DNA from: an uncultured Vicinamibacteraceae bacterium
Lineage (GTDB): Bacteria; Acidobacteriota; Vicinamibacteria; Vicinamibacterales; UBA8438
Length of the DNA: 37,867 bases
NCBI GenBank assembly: GCA_964348425.1
Contig: CAYGCV010000003.1
Location: 1 to 37,867 of the forward strand
Direction: 5' to 3'
Part shown: in pieces, positions 8,469 through 17,889 of the stretch
Layout: each line of letters begins with the position of its first letter
Numbering within the stretch: position 1 is the stretch's first letter
Notes under the pieces: generated by a model
Told to the model about the DNA's origin: nothing
Databases searched by the model: none
Seen by the model: the letters and a program-made list of their open reading frames with translations, nothing else
Made by a program: the position numbers and the translations under genes

Positions 8469-9926
8469 CTACCTCAACGCCGACGTGTCCGTGATCCGCC
8501 ACAGGTGCGAGCGGGTCCGGATGAACAGGTTGCCGCGGGCGATCGCGGGGCTCGACATGGCGACCTCGTCGAGCGAGTTGGTGGCGATCACCCGGAACCG
8601 GTTCTCGGCATCCAGCACGTAGGTGTCGCCGTCCTCGCTGAGCACGAACACCTTGCCGTTGTACGCCCAGGGGGACGCCGTGAAGCCGGTGGCCCCGCGC
8701 GCCACGCGGCGGCGGACCTCCTGGCTCTGGATCTGCTCCTCGGTGAGGTACAGCTCCTCGCCGGTGTGCGCGTCGTGGACGGTGAAGAAGCCGCGGTCGT
8801 GCAGCGTGAAGTAGTAGTCGCCGTAGACCAGCGGCGTCGGATGGTACGGTCCGGCGTCGTCGGCGTACCACACCACGTGCTCGCTGCTGCGCGCCCCGTC
8901 CGCCAGGGTGATGTCGCCGGCTGCGCCGGGCCGGATGGCGTACACGGGCTTGACCTGGTCGCCGACGTAGCCCGACGTGACGTAGAGCAGCCCGTGCGCG
9001 CTGAACGGCTGCGGGATCGAGATCGAGTTCAGGCCGCTGAAGTGCCACAGCTCGTTGCCCTCGAGGTCGTAGGAGCGCACCCGGTCGCTGCCGGCCGTCA
9101 CGAGCTCGGTCCGCTGCCCGTTCTGCCACACGAACGGGGTCGACCAGTTAGTCCCCTCGTCGCGGTCGACGCGCCAGCGCTCCGCCCCGGTGGCCGTGTC
9201 GAGCGCTACCAGGAAGGAGTCTTCGTCGTTGTCGTTGACGACGAAGAGCGTGTCCTCGTGCAGCGCCGGCGAGGCCGCGGGACCCCATCCCAGACGCGTG
9301 AGGGTCGGCGCGAAACGCTTCTCCCAGATCAGGTTGCCGTCCATGTCGAGGGCATAGACGCCGATGTTGCCGAAGTAGGCGTAGACGTGCTCGCCGTCGG
9401 TCACCGTGGTGGCGGAGGCGTACGTGTTCTTGAGGTGCCGATCGAAGTCCGGCACGCCGGCGTGCACCTCCGTCGTCCAGAGCACGGCGCCGGTCTCGAA
9501 ATCGATGGCGGTGACCAGCCAGTGATGGACCGCCTCGGAGCGCTCCATGAGGTCGCCCGGCTCGGGGTCGCGGAAGCGGCCGCCGGAGGGCATCGGCTCC
9601 GGCGAGCCGTACGGAAAGTACAGCCCCATGCGTGGTTCTTCCTCCTCGCCCTCGCTGACGGCGCTGGTGAGGAAGATGCGGTCGTCCCAGACCACCGGCG
9701 ACGACCAGCCCAGGCCGTCGACCGGCGTCTTCCAGACGACGTTCTCCGTCGTGCTCCAGGTGCTGGGCAGCCGGGGGTCGTCGGCGGCCACCGACGCGGC
9801 GTCCGCGCCGCGGAAGGCGGGCCAGTTCTCGGACTCGGCCGCGACGAGCGTCGTTGCCGTGAGCAGCGTGAACAGCGTCGCCGCGAGCGTGGCCGCGGCC
9901 GGGGTGCGGAATCGGGGGTGACGCAT
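8469..9926 (-). CDS. Secreted PQQ-binding-like beta-propeller repeat protein (BamB-like repeats)
   Basis: Signal peptide; NWPAFRG, WKTPVDGLGWSSPVVW, YASATTVTDG, WSTP, SPAIARGNLFIRTRSHLW. Confidence 0.9.
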   Translation of the reverse strand: MRHPRFRTPAAATLAATLFTLLTATTLVAAESENWPAFRGADAASVAADDPRLPSTWSTTENVVWKTPVDGLGWSSPVVWDDRIFLTSAVSEGEEEEPRMGLYFPYGSPEPMPSGGRFRDPEPGDLMERSEAVHHWLVTAIDFETGAVLWTTEVHAGVPDFDRHLKNTYASATTVTDGEHVYAYFGNIGVYALDMDGNLIWEKRFAPTLTRLGWGPAASPALHEDTLFVVNDNDEDSFLVALDTATGAERWRVDRDEGTNWSTPFVWQNGQRTELVTAGSDRVRSYDLEGNELWHFSGLNSISIPQPFSAHGLLYVTSGYVGDQVKPVYAIRPGAAGDITLADGARSSEHVVWYADDAGPYHPTPLVYGDYYFTLHDRGFFTVHDAHTGEELYLTEEQIQSQEVRRRVARGATGFTASPWAYNGKVFVLSEDGDTYVLDAENRFRVIATNSLDEVAMSSPAIARGNLFIRTRSHLWRITDTSALR

Positions 9927-9997
9927 GCGGTTGTCCTCCAGTGTCGATAGAGCGTCGCGCGATTATACGCCGCCCACCGGCGGCTCCCCGGGCAGCG

Positions 9998-11128
9998 TCA
10001 GGACATCGCCAGCGTCCGGGTGCGCACCGTGAGGTCGTCGACGCGGTCGACGTCCACCGCCACGCCCAGCCCGGGCCGGTCCGCCGGCACGGCGACCATC
10101 CCGTTCGCGTCCATCGTCCACTCCGGCGTCACGACGTCGCGCACCCAGTAGCGGGCGCTGGGGCTGACGTCGCCCGGCAGGGTGAAGTTGGGAAGCGAGG
10201 CCAGCGCCACGTTGCAGGCGCGGCCGATGCCGCTTTCGAGCATGCCGCCGCACCAGACCGGCAGGGCGTGCCGGCGGCAGAGGTCGTGGATCGCCCTGGC
10301 TTGGGTGAACCCCCCGACCCGGCCCGGCTTGATGTTCACGATGCGCCCGGCGCCGAGCGCCAGCATGTCCTCGGCGGCCTCGACGTGGCGAATCGACTCG
10401 TCGAGGCAGATGGGCGTGGCCAGCCTGTCCTGGAGCCGGGCGTGGCGGAGCAGGTCGTCCTGCGCCAGCGGCTGCTCGAGCATCAGCAGCCGGTAGACGT
10501 CCAGGTCGGCCAGGTGATCGGCGTCGCTGGGGGCGTAGGCGCTGTTGGCGTCGGCCATCAGTCCCGCGCGCGGGCCGAGCGCCTCGCGCGCGGCGTGGAT
10601 GTGCTCGATGTCCGCGCCGGGCCGGATCTTGATCTTGATGCGCTGGTAGCCCGCCGCGAGGGCGGCGCGGGCCTTGTCGGCGAGCGCGTCGGGGCTGGCC
10701 TGGATGCCGATGGAGATGCCGGTCGCGATCGCGTCGCGCGTGCCGCCGAGCAGGCGCGACAGGCTGACGCCGTCCCGCTCGGCCAGCAGCGTCCAGGCGC
10801 CCATCTCGACGGCGGCCCTGGCCATCGGGTGGCCGCGAATCGCGCGCCGGAGCAGGCCGTCGAGCGCGCGTGGATGGGCGACGCCCCGGCCGAGCAGGCG
10901 CGGGACGATCCATTCGGTGAGGGCCAGCCAGGCTGTGTCGACGGTTTCGGCCGAATAGCTCGGCTGCTCGCCGGCCACGCACTCGCTCCAGGCCGTCGTC
11001 CCGTCCGCGTCCTCGAGCTCGAGCAGCAGGATGCGCCGGTCGGTCGTGCGGCCCGACGAGATCTCGAACGGCTCGCGCAGCGCCATCCTGATCTCCCGCA
11101 ACGTGACCCGTGCCAGGCGGAGGCTCAT
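9998..11128 (-). CDS. menC: o-succinylbenzoate synthase / N-succinylamino acid racemase (enolase superfamily, NSAR/OSBS subfamily)
   Basis: YQRIKIKIRPG, LMADANSAY, LEQPL, ICLDES, NIKPGRVGG, VWCGGMLESGIGRA, PGDVSPSARYW; ATG 11128 overlaps the GNAT stop. Confidence 0.9.
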   Translation of the reverse strand: MSLRLARVTLREIRMALREPFEISSGRTTDRRILLLELEDADGTTAWSECVAGEQPSYSAETVDTAWLALTEWIVPRLLGRGVAHPRALDGLLRRAIRGHPMARAAVEMGAWTLLAERDGVSLSRLLGGTRDAIATGISIGIQASPDALADKARAALAAGYQRIKIKIRPGADIEHIHAAREALGPRAGLMADANSAYAPSDADHLADLDVYRLLMLEQPLAQDDLLRHARLQDRLATPICLDESIRHVEAAEDMLALGAGRIVNIKPGRVGGFTQARAIHDLCRRHALPVWCGGMLESGIGRACNVALASLPNFTLPGDVSPSARYWVRDVVTPEWTMDANGMVAVPADRPGLGVAVDVDRVDDLTVRTRTLAMS

Positions 11129-11958
11129 CGATTGGCGGTTCGCGTGCCGGCCGGCTCGTTCGTGAGCTCGTACCAGGAGTCGTCCGGCGGCGGCAGACGG
11201 CGGAAGCCGGCCACGCGGTAGCCGCGGGCAAGGTACCAGGGCAGGACGCGGCGGTGCAGTTGCTGCCACGCGTCGGCGAGTGCCGGCTCGGTCGCCTTGA
11301 GCACGTCGATGCGGGCGGGCACGGCAACCCGGACCCAGGGGTCGAGGGGGAGCTCCGCGCCGGGGGCACGGCTCTCGAGGCCGACCGCCGCTGCCGCGTC
11401 CGCCGCGGCGGGCAGCGGGTCGCGGCGGCCGGCCAGCAGGCGCTCGACGCGCGCCCCGGTCAGATTCCACTCGACGACGAAACGGTCCGTGGCGAGACCC
11501 CGGTGCAGCGTGCTGCCGGTGTCGCCGTACATGTCGACGACGTACTCCACCGGCAGTGCGCCGAGCCCGTTCACGTTGAGGTTGGCGTTGGCGGCCACGA
11601 GCGGATCGAAGCTCCAGCTTGCGATGTCGATGCCGTTGGCCAGCAACTGCTGGCGTTGATACCGCTTCAGGCGGACGCCCAGTCCCTGCCGCCGGGCGTC
11701 CGGATGCACCGCCAGCATGTCCGACCAGTGGGCGGGCGCCCCGTCGCGGACGCCGCTGATGCCGAACACGAAGCCGAGCAGCCGCCCGTCGGCGCCGAAC
11801 GCGCCCGCAGCGACGCCGCCCACGCGCTGGCTCACCATGAGAATGGTCGCCGGCACGACGTCCGCGAAGTCCCGGCCCCAGATCTCGCGCTGCAGCCGCA
11901 CGCAGGCGGCGTAGTCGTCGCGGGAGCCGAGCAGCCGCAGCGTCACGTCGAGCGCCAT
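11125..11958 (-). CDS. GNAT-superfamily acyltransferase (type found next to NSAR/OSBS)
   Basis: LQREIWG, GGVAAGAF, HWSDMLAV, GLGVRLKRYQR, WSFDPLVAANANLNVNGLG, DMYG, TDRFVVEW. Confidence 0.85.
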   Translation of the reverse strand: MALDVTLRLLGSRDDYAACVRLQREIWGRDFADVVPATILMVSQRVGGVAAGAFGADGRLLGFVFGISGVRDGAPAHWSDMLAVHPDARRQGLGVRLKRYQRQQLLANGIDIASWSFDPLVAANANLNVNGLGALPVEYVVDMYGDTGSTLHRGLATDRFVVEWNLTGARVERLLAGRRDPLPAAADAAAAVGLESRAPGAELPLDPWVRVAVPARIDVLKATEPALADAWQQLHRRVLPWYLARGYRVAGFRRLPPPDDSWYELTNEPAGTRTANR

Positions 11959-12201
11959 CGGGCTTTCGTAGGATACCGCGACCCGCCGGCGCCACGGCGC
12001 GGTGTCGGTCACGGCGAATGTCGTGTTCAGCGGCCAGCGGGCGACGATGTTTGGCATCCATGGCCCGTTCGCGAATATGATGGCGATCACGTCGTGCCGA
12101 CTGGCGAACTTCCTCGCGAACGACCGCCTCGCGGTTCGTGCACGGAGCGATGGTCCCGCCTCGGCGCTCGCGGGTGCGCAGGCTGGAAGGAGAACCGGAC
12201 G

Positions 12202-13068
12202 ATGAAGGCTCGCCCGCACGGCTCCGCCGCCGAGCGGCCGGTGCTGCTCCCGGCGCTGGTTCTCGGCCTCGCAGTCGCTGGTGCCGCAGTCCTCCACGCG
12301 GCGGAGCTGAAGGAGGAGACGGTCGCGGCCTGGCAGCGGTATGTCGAGGCCACCGAGCGGCGCATGGCCCGCGAGATCGGCGACGGCGACCGGTTCCTCG
12401 TGCTGGACTTCCACGACGATGCGGAGCCGATGCGCCGCGAGGCACTGGCCGGCCAACCGGTCATCTGGCGGACGGAGACGCGCACTGACGACGGCGAATC
12501 GATCGAGGTGCCGAAGGGCAGGATCCACCACTGGCTCGGCGCCATCCTGATTCCGAACGCCGACGTGGACCACGTGGTCGACGGTCTGCAGTACGCGATT
12601 CCGGCGCACGAGCTGCAGAACGACGTCCTCGAGTCGCGCGTCCTCTGGCGCGACGGCGACAGGCTGGGGACGTTCCTCAAGCTGAGCCGGAAGGCCGTCG
12701 TCACGATGCACTACAACACCGAGCACTTGGCGGAGTACGTGCGCCCGGGCGGCGGGCGGGCCTGGAGCCGGAGCGAGGCGACGCGGATTGCCGAGCTGGA
12801 GGATTTCGGATCGCCGGACGAGCGCGAGAAGCCCGTCGGCAACGACCGCGGCTTCCTGTGGCGGCTGAACGTGTACTGGCGCTACGAGGAGGTCGCCGGC
12901 GGCGTGCTGATGGAATGCGAGGTCGTCACGCTGAGCCGGTCCATTCCGCTCCTGATGCGCTGGATGCTCACGCCCATCGTGACTCGCGAAGCGCGCGCCG
13001 CGCTCGTGGACGTGCTGCGGTCGATGCAGGTGCAGCTCGACCCGGGCCCGCCGGCCGACAGGGAGTGA
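12202..13068 (+). CDS. Conserved exported hypothetical protein
   Basis: SD AAGGAG; signal peptide; IHHWLGAILIP, SRSEATRIAE, DRGFLWRLNVYWRY, ECEVVTLSRSIP. Confidence 0.75.
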   Translation: MKARPHGSAAERPVLLPALVLGLAVAGAAVLHAAELKEETVAAWQRYVEATERRMAREIGDGDRFLVLDFHDDAEPMRREALAGQPVIWRTETRTDDGESIEVPKGRIHHWLGAILIPNADVDHVVDGLQYAIPAHELQNDVLESRVLWRDGDRLGTFLKLSRKAVVTMHYNTEHLAEYVRPGGGRAWSRSEATRIAELEDFGSPDEREKPVGNDRGFLWRLNVYWRYEEVAGGVLMECEVVTLSRSIPLLMRWMLTPIVTREARAALVDVLRSMQVQLDPGPPADRE

Positions 13069-13110
13069 GCCGGGAGAGCGCCGCGCCGCCGGCGAGCAGC
13101 GGCGGAACCG

Positions 13111-13371
13111 CTACTGGTTCTTCTGCTGCTCGAGCTCGGCGGCCTCCTTGGCCTTCTGCTCTTCCTCGAAGAACTCGCGCTGCCAATCGGGCGGCTCCTG
13201 CGGTCCGGGCACCATCCCGGCGATGTCCGGATCGTGGTCGGTAGGCCGCGGCGGGGCCGCGGCCCGCCGGAGTCTGGCCTCGGCGCGTCGCATGTCCTTC
13301 ATCTTCGAGCGCTCCAGCCGTGCACGTTCCCGCTGCCGTTTGGTCTGTGTCGGTCGTCCCCGATTTGCCAA
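13111..13371 (-). CDS. Small basic hypothetical protein
   Basis: TTG start with SD GGAGG; R/K-rich N-terminus followed by DPDIAGMVPGPQ; lies downstream of the RRM gene. Confidence 0.7.
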   Translation of the reverse strand: MANRGRPTQTKRQRERARLERSKMKDMRRAEARLRRAAAPPRPTDHDPDIAGMVPGPQEPPDWQREFFEEEQKAKEAAELEQQKNQ

Positions 13372-13471
13372 CTTCGCGCACCTCCACTGCCAGTGTCCGG
13401 ACGGCCCGCCGGGCGCCGCGGACGGTACGCGCGCCCGCGTTCATGGTAACAAACCGCGCGCCCCGCAGATG

Positions 13472-13777
13472 CTACCAGCGCGGCTCGCGGCGTCCGCCAT
13501 CGAAGCCGGGGTCGGAGGCGGGGCGGGCTGTCTTCGGGCGGGCCTCGTTGACGGTCAGACGACGTCCCTGGAAGTCGGTCTGGTTGAGTTCCGTGATGGC
13601 CCGGGCCGCGTCGTCTTCCGCCGACATCTCCACGAACGCGAACCCCCGCGGCCGGCCTGTCGCCATGTCCGTGGGGATGCTGATCGACTCGACCGCGCCC
13701 ATCTTGCCGAAGAGGGCGCGCAGGTCGTCCTCGCCCGCCGAATACGGAATATTCCCGACGTACAACCTCCGACCCAT
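13472..13777 (-). CDS. RNA-binding protein, single RRM domain
   Basis: RNP2 LYVGNIPY, RNP1 RGFAFVEM, GRRLTVNEARPK, tail GGRREPRW; SD AAGGAG. Confidence 0.95.
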   Translation of the reverse strand: MGRRLYVGNIPYSAGEDDLRALFGKMGAVESISIPTDMATGRPRGFAFVEMSAEDDAARAITELNQTDFQGRRLTVNEARPKTARPASDPGFDGGRREPRW

Positions 13778-13921
13778 GAGATGACTCCTTGTCCTGGACT
13801 CGCCGGGCGAGCAGCCGAACACTTCCGTCGCTGCGTAATCACCTGGGGAAGGAGGGCGAGGCTCTGCTTGTCGCTCTCGAACGCGGGTGAAGCGAGCGAG
13901 TCGTAGCGAGTGACAGGCTGC

Positions 13922-13930
13922 AGCATACCA
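13922..13930 (-). promoter_or_regulatory. Putative extended -10 promoter of the RRM gene
   Basis: Minus strand reads TG-G-TATGCT about 145 nt upstream of the ATG. Confidence 0.4.
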
Positions 13931-14015
13931 CAGTTGGGTTTGCGCGCCGATTGACTGGCCGCCGCGGCCGATCAACGATCCGCAGTGCGCGCGCGCGGCC
14001 CCCGACCAGGCGAGC

Positions 14016-14396
14016 ATGTTCGAGAAACGTCCCTATTTCGTCATCGGCGATCTGCTGTCGAACGCGGGCGCCGGTGCCGTCGTCGGCGCGGCGGTCGCGC
14101 AGTTGGTGGGTGACGGCTGGCCCCTGCCGGCGGGCATGGTCGCGGGCATGGTGATCGGGGGGCTCCTCGCGACCATCCTGTCGTCGGCGGCGTCGCTGCT
14201 GTTCGGTGCGCTCGAGATCATGCTGCCGGTCATGACCACCGGCATGGCGGCCGGGATGCTGGTCGGCATGCGCGCCGCGGCCGGCTCCGCCCCGGCGCCC
14301 GCGGCGGCGGGCGCGGCGGCCGGCGTCGCGGTGCTGGCGGCCACCTACGTCCTGAACGCGCGCCTGCGGGCCAGGGGGACCCGGTGGACGTCCTGA
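14016..14396 (+). CDS. Small hydrophobic membrane protein, hypothetical
   Basis: About four Gly/Ala/Met-rich hydrophobic segments; overlaps the start of the next gene. Confidence 0.7.
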   Translation: MFEKRPYFVIGDLLSNAGAGAVVGAAVAQLVGDGWPLPAGMVAGMVIGGLLATILSSAASLLFGALEIMLPVMTTGMAAGMLVGMRAAAGSAPAPAAAGAAAGVAVLAATYVLNARLRARGTRWTS

Positions 14397-14995
14397 CCCG
14401 GCGGAAGTGGGACCGCGCCGCCCGCGCCTACGACCTGGTGAACGGGTACGGGCCGGAGCGCCGCTGGGCGCCGTTCAAGCGGCGCCTGTTCGCGCTGATG
14501 CGGGGCAACGTGATCTTCGCGGCCGTCGGGACCGGTCAGGACATCCAGTTCTTCCCGCCCGCGCGGCGGATAACGGGCATCGACATCAGCGGCCGCATGC
14601 TGGAGGCCGCCCGGCCGCGCGCCGCGGCGTACCCGGGCACCCTCGCGCTGCGGCAGCTCGACGTGCGCCACCTCGACTATCCGGACGGCACCTTCGACCA
14701 GGCCTTCACCTCGTGCACCTTCTGCTCGGTGCCGCAGCCAATCGCCGGGCTCCGCGAGCTCCGGCGGGTCCTGAAGCCGGGCGGACAGCTCCACATGTTC
14801 GAGCACACCGGCAGCCGCTACTTGCCCTTCAGCCTGATGCTGCACCTGATGACCCCGCTCTCGCGCCGGTTCGGCCCGGAACTGAACCGCGACACCGTCG
14901 CCAACGTGGCCAGCGCCGGATTCGAGGTCCGGGCGGTGGAGCCCGTGTATCTCGACGTCGTGAAGATGATCCACGCCATAGCCCCGGCTCGCTGA
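14384..14995 (+). CDS. Class I SAM-dependent methyltransferase (UbiE/PmtA-like)
   Basis: KWDRAARAYD, AVGTG, ITGIDISGRML, FCSVPQP, ELRRVLKPGGQLHMFEH. Confidence 0.9.
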   Translation: MDVLTRRKWDRAARAYDLVNGYGPERRWAPFKRRLFALMRGNVIFAAVGTGQDIQFFPPARRITGIDISGRMLEAARPRAAAYPGTLALRQLDVRHLDYPDGTFDQAFTSCTFCSVPQPIAGLRELRRVLKPGGQLHMFEHTGSRYLPFSLMLHLMTPLSRRFGPELNRDTVANVASAGFEVRAVEPVYLDVVKMIHAIAPAR

Positions 14996-15000
14996 GGAGT

Positions 15001-15090
15001 GCAAGGCGCGCACGGCGCGCCTCGACGGGAGCGGCGCGGGGCAATGGGGCCCCCGCAAGCGGACGCCGGGGGCTTGGGGCGCAGCCCCAT
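15001..15090 (+). repeat. 90-bp REP-like multi-hairpin repeat, copy 1 (intergenic)
   Basis: GCAAGGCGCGCACGGCGCGCCT...CCCCGCAAGCGGACGCCGGGGG...GGGGCGCAGCCCC; aligns without gaps to 37778-37867 and to the reverse complement of 35543-35632. Confidence 0.9.
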
Positions 15091-15123
15091 CTTGAGGACT
15101 GATAAGCTAGTCGTCAGCGGACG

Positions 15124-15654
15124 ATGCGAGGCATACGCAACGCGCTGCGGCGCTGCTGGTTCGTGTTCCCGGTCCTGGCCTCGCTGGCCACGGACTGCCA
15201 GGAGACGCCGCGGGGCGCCGTGCCCACGGGCATCGCGACCGTCGAGATCGTGCTTCAGAGCAGGCCTGCCACGCCGCATCCCAACCGGCGGGAGGTAGCG
15301 AATTGCCTGGCGCGCCTGGGGGCCGTCGGCACCCACGTCCGTCCGAGCTGGCGGGACAATCCCTTCACGGGCAACTTCGATCCCGAGCGCGTGCCGCTCG
15401 TCTCGACGTCTCCCGACACGTTCGCCGTGCTGTTCCGGGACGTCCCGGCCAACACGCAGCACACGCTGACCGTCCACGACGTGAACCAGTGCGAACGGAT
15501 GCCCGTGGTCCCCGGCTCGTCCGGCGTCCAGGGCCTGCTCGCCGACGGGCGCGTGACCACGGGCGTGTTCGCCAACGGCACGCCGCTGACGACCGTGGTC
15601 GGCAACAGCGCGTTCGTGCTCGCCGTTGCGTCGGACGGGACGATCACCGAGTGA
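15124..15654 (+). CDS. Hypothetical exported protein / possible lipoprotein
   Basis: Basic n-region, hydrophobic stretch, degenerate lipobox LATDC; GC-rich third codon positions. Confidence 0.65.
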   Translation: MRGIRNALRRCWFVFPVLASLATDCQETPRGAVPTGIATVEIVLQSRPATPHPNRREVANCLARLGAVGTHVRPSWRDNPFTGNFDPERVPLVSTSPDTFAVLFRDVPANTQHTLTVHDVNQCERMPVVPGSSGVQGLLADGRVTTGVFANGTPLTTVVGNSAFVLAVASDGTITE

Positions 15655-15661
15655 ACGGAAC

Positions 15662-17201
15662 ATGAAGGGCCTGCTCCTCGCGCTCGTGAGCCTGGCCGTC
15701 GCCCCGGCGCTCCCCGCCGCGGCGCAGGCGCCGGACCACGCGATGGTGGCGGCCATCCGCGAGGAGGGCCTGCAGCGGTCGCAGGTCATGGAGCTGGCCG
15801 GCTGGCTCAGCGACGTGTACGGCCCGCGCGTGACGGGTTCCCCGGCCATCGAGGCCGCCGGGGAGTGGGCCATGCGGCAACTGCGCGCATGGGGCGTCGC
15901 CGACGTGCACGCGGAGCGGTTCGCGTTCGGCCAGGGATGGTCGCTCGAGCAGTTCCACGCGCAGATGGTCGCGCCGCAGGTCATGCCGATCATCGGCTAT
16001 CCCAAGTCGTGGACCAGCAGCACGGACGTCCGTGTCGACATCCGGTCGCGCGCGGACCTCGACAGGTACCGCGGCACGCTCCGCGGCGCGATCGTCCTCC
16101 CGCAACCCGTACGCGAGGTGCGCATGCTCGAGGGCGACCTGGTGCTGCGGATGGACCGGACGCTGCTGGCCGAGGCGCGCCGGCCGCTGCCGCTGGCGCG
16201 GACGAGGGGCAGCCCGCGAGCCCCGCGGCTGCCGACCCATGTCGTCGAGCAGTTCTACCTCGACGAGGGCGTGGTCGCGGTGCTGGATCGCGGCAGCGAC
16301 TACTTCATGGTGGGCGGCGCACCCAGCGGCAGCCGCCTCCGCTGGCCGACGCAGCGGGTCGACGGCGGCACGGTGTTCGTCGGCAGCGGCGGGCCGTGGG
16401 ACGACGACGCCGGCCGCGTCGTGCCGGCCGCCACCATCGCGGTCGAGCACTACAACCGCATGGTCCGGATTCTGGAGCGGGGTCTCCCCGTGCGGGTACA
16501 GATCAACATCCGCACGCGCTTCCACCCGGAGGGCGAGCGTCTCAACGGCTTCAACATCCTCGGCGAGATCCCCGGCACGGACCTGCGGGACGAGGTGGTC
16601 ATGCTGGGAGCCCACTTCGATTCGACGCACGCCGCAACCGGGGCCACCGACAACGCCAGCGGGACGGCCGCCATGATGGAGGCGCTGCGCATCCTGCGGG
16701 CCGTCGGCGCCGCGCCCCGCCGCACCATCCGGATCGCGCTGTGGGGCGCCGAGGAGCAGGGCCTGCTCGGCTCGCGGGAGTACGTGCGCAGGCACGCTGG
16801 AGCGCAGGCCCGGCTACGACAAGCTGTCGGCCTACTACAACCTCGACAACGGGGCAGGATGCATTCGGGGCGTATGGCTGCAGGACAACCCCGCGGTCGG
16901 CGCGATCTTCGAGCCCTGGCTGGCGCCGCTGGCGGACCTGGGCGTCGCGGCGCTCGGCCCGCGCGCCACGCGCGGCACGGACCACGTGGCGTTCGACGAG
17001 GTGGGCCTGCCGGGCTTTCAGTTCATGCAGGACCGGCTCGAGTACAACTCGCGGACGCACCACTCGAACATGGACTTCTTCGACCGGCTGCAGCGGGACG
17101 ACCTGGTGCAGATGGCCGTGGTGGCCGCGGTCTTCGCCTACAACACGGCGATGCTCGACGACCCGCTGCCGCGCAAGGACCCGCCGGCGTGGCGCCGGTA
17201 G
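15662..17201 (+). pseudogene. Secreted M28 (M20/M25/M40-like) metallopeptidase, frameshifted near 16795
   Basis: Signal peptide; [45 protein letters not shown]. After YVRRH the homologous sequence continues in another frame: [20 protein letters not shown]...[34 protein letters not shown], stop at 17201. Confidence 0.85.
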
Positions 17202-17269
17202 CCGGCCGCCGGTCCTTGCGCGAAGCCGGTCTTCGCGCTACCGTCGAGGGGCTGCGGAGGAGGTATCAG

Positions 17270-17872
17270 ATGCGCAAGATGCTCGCGTTGCTGTCGGTGG
17301 CGGTGCTGGTGCCCCTGGTCGCCTGCGTGGAGGACCCGGTGCCGGAAGCGGAGGTCGCACCGGCGGCCGAGGAAACCCCGGCCGCGGCGGCCGAGCTCCC
17401 CATCCTGCCGCTCGACCAGGTGCAGGCGAGCCAGAGCGGGTCGGTGTCCCAGACCGTCGCGAACACGGAGATCACGGTCACGTACGATCGCCCCGTGGCG
17501 CGCGGCCGGGAGCTGTACGGCGGCATCGTGGCCTATGGCCAGATCTGGAATCCGGGGGCCAACGACGCGACGGCCATCGCGTTCAGCCGCCCGGTCACCG
17601 TCAACGGCCAGCCGCTCGAGGCCGGGAAGTACAGCATCTGGGCCATCCCGGACCCGGACGAGTGGACGCTGATCTTCAGTCGCGCCGCGGACGTGTACCA
17701 CCAGCCGTATCCCGGCGAGGAGCACGACGCGCTGCGCCTGAACGTCGCGCCGGCCAGCGGCGACCACATGGAGACGCTGGCGTTCTACTTCTCCGTCGTC
17801 GAGAGGAAGGACGCCGAGCTGCGGCTGCACTGGGGCACGACCATCGTGCCGTTGTCGATCACGGTTCCCTGA
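17270..17872 (+). CDS. DUF2911 domain lipoprotein
   Basis: SD GGAGGAGG; lipobox LVAC; VSQTV...ITVTYDRPVARGRELYG...YGQIWNPGAN, AGKYSIWAIP, EWTLIF. Confidence 0.85.
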   Translation: MRKMLALLSVAVLVPLVACVEDPVPEAEVAPAAEETPAAAAELPILPLDQVQASQSGSVSQTVANTEITVTYDRPVARGRELYGGIVAYGQIWNPGANDATAIAFSRPVTVNGQPLEAGKYSIWAIPDPDEWTLIFSRAADVYHQPYPGEEHDALRLNVAPASGDHMETLAFYFSVVERKDAELRLHWGTTIVPLSITVP

Positions 17873-17889
17873 ACGGAGGCAGCGCGGGC

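Noticed and set aside
9998-13068. Long N-terminal extensions of menC (815 aa), GNAT (533 aa) and the 652-aa ORF; likewise the 1092-aa GDSL and 1098-aa SelD ORFs
   Set aside because: The extensions overlap other real genes; better starts with SD or stop/start overlap are at 11128, 11958, 12202, 17890 and 27351.
15626-17872. 748-aa peptidase-DUF2911 fusion as a genuine evolved protein
   Set aside because: The middle part is out-of-frame peptidase sequence, and DUF2911 has its own SD, ATG and lipoprotein signal.
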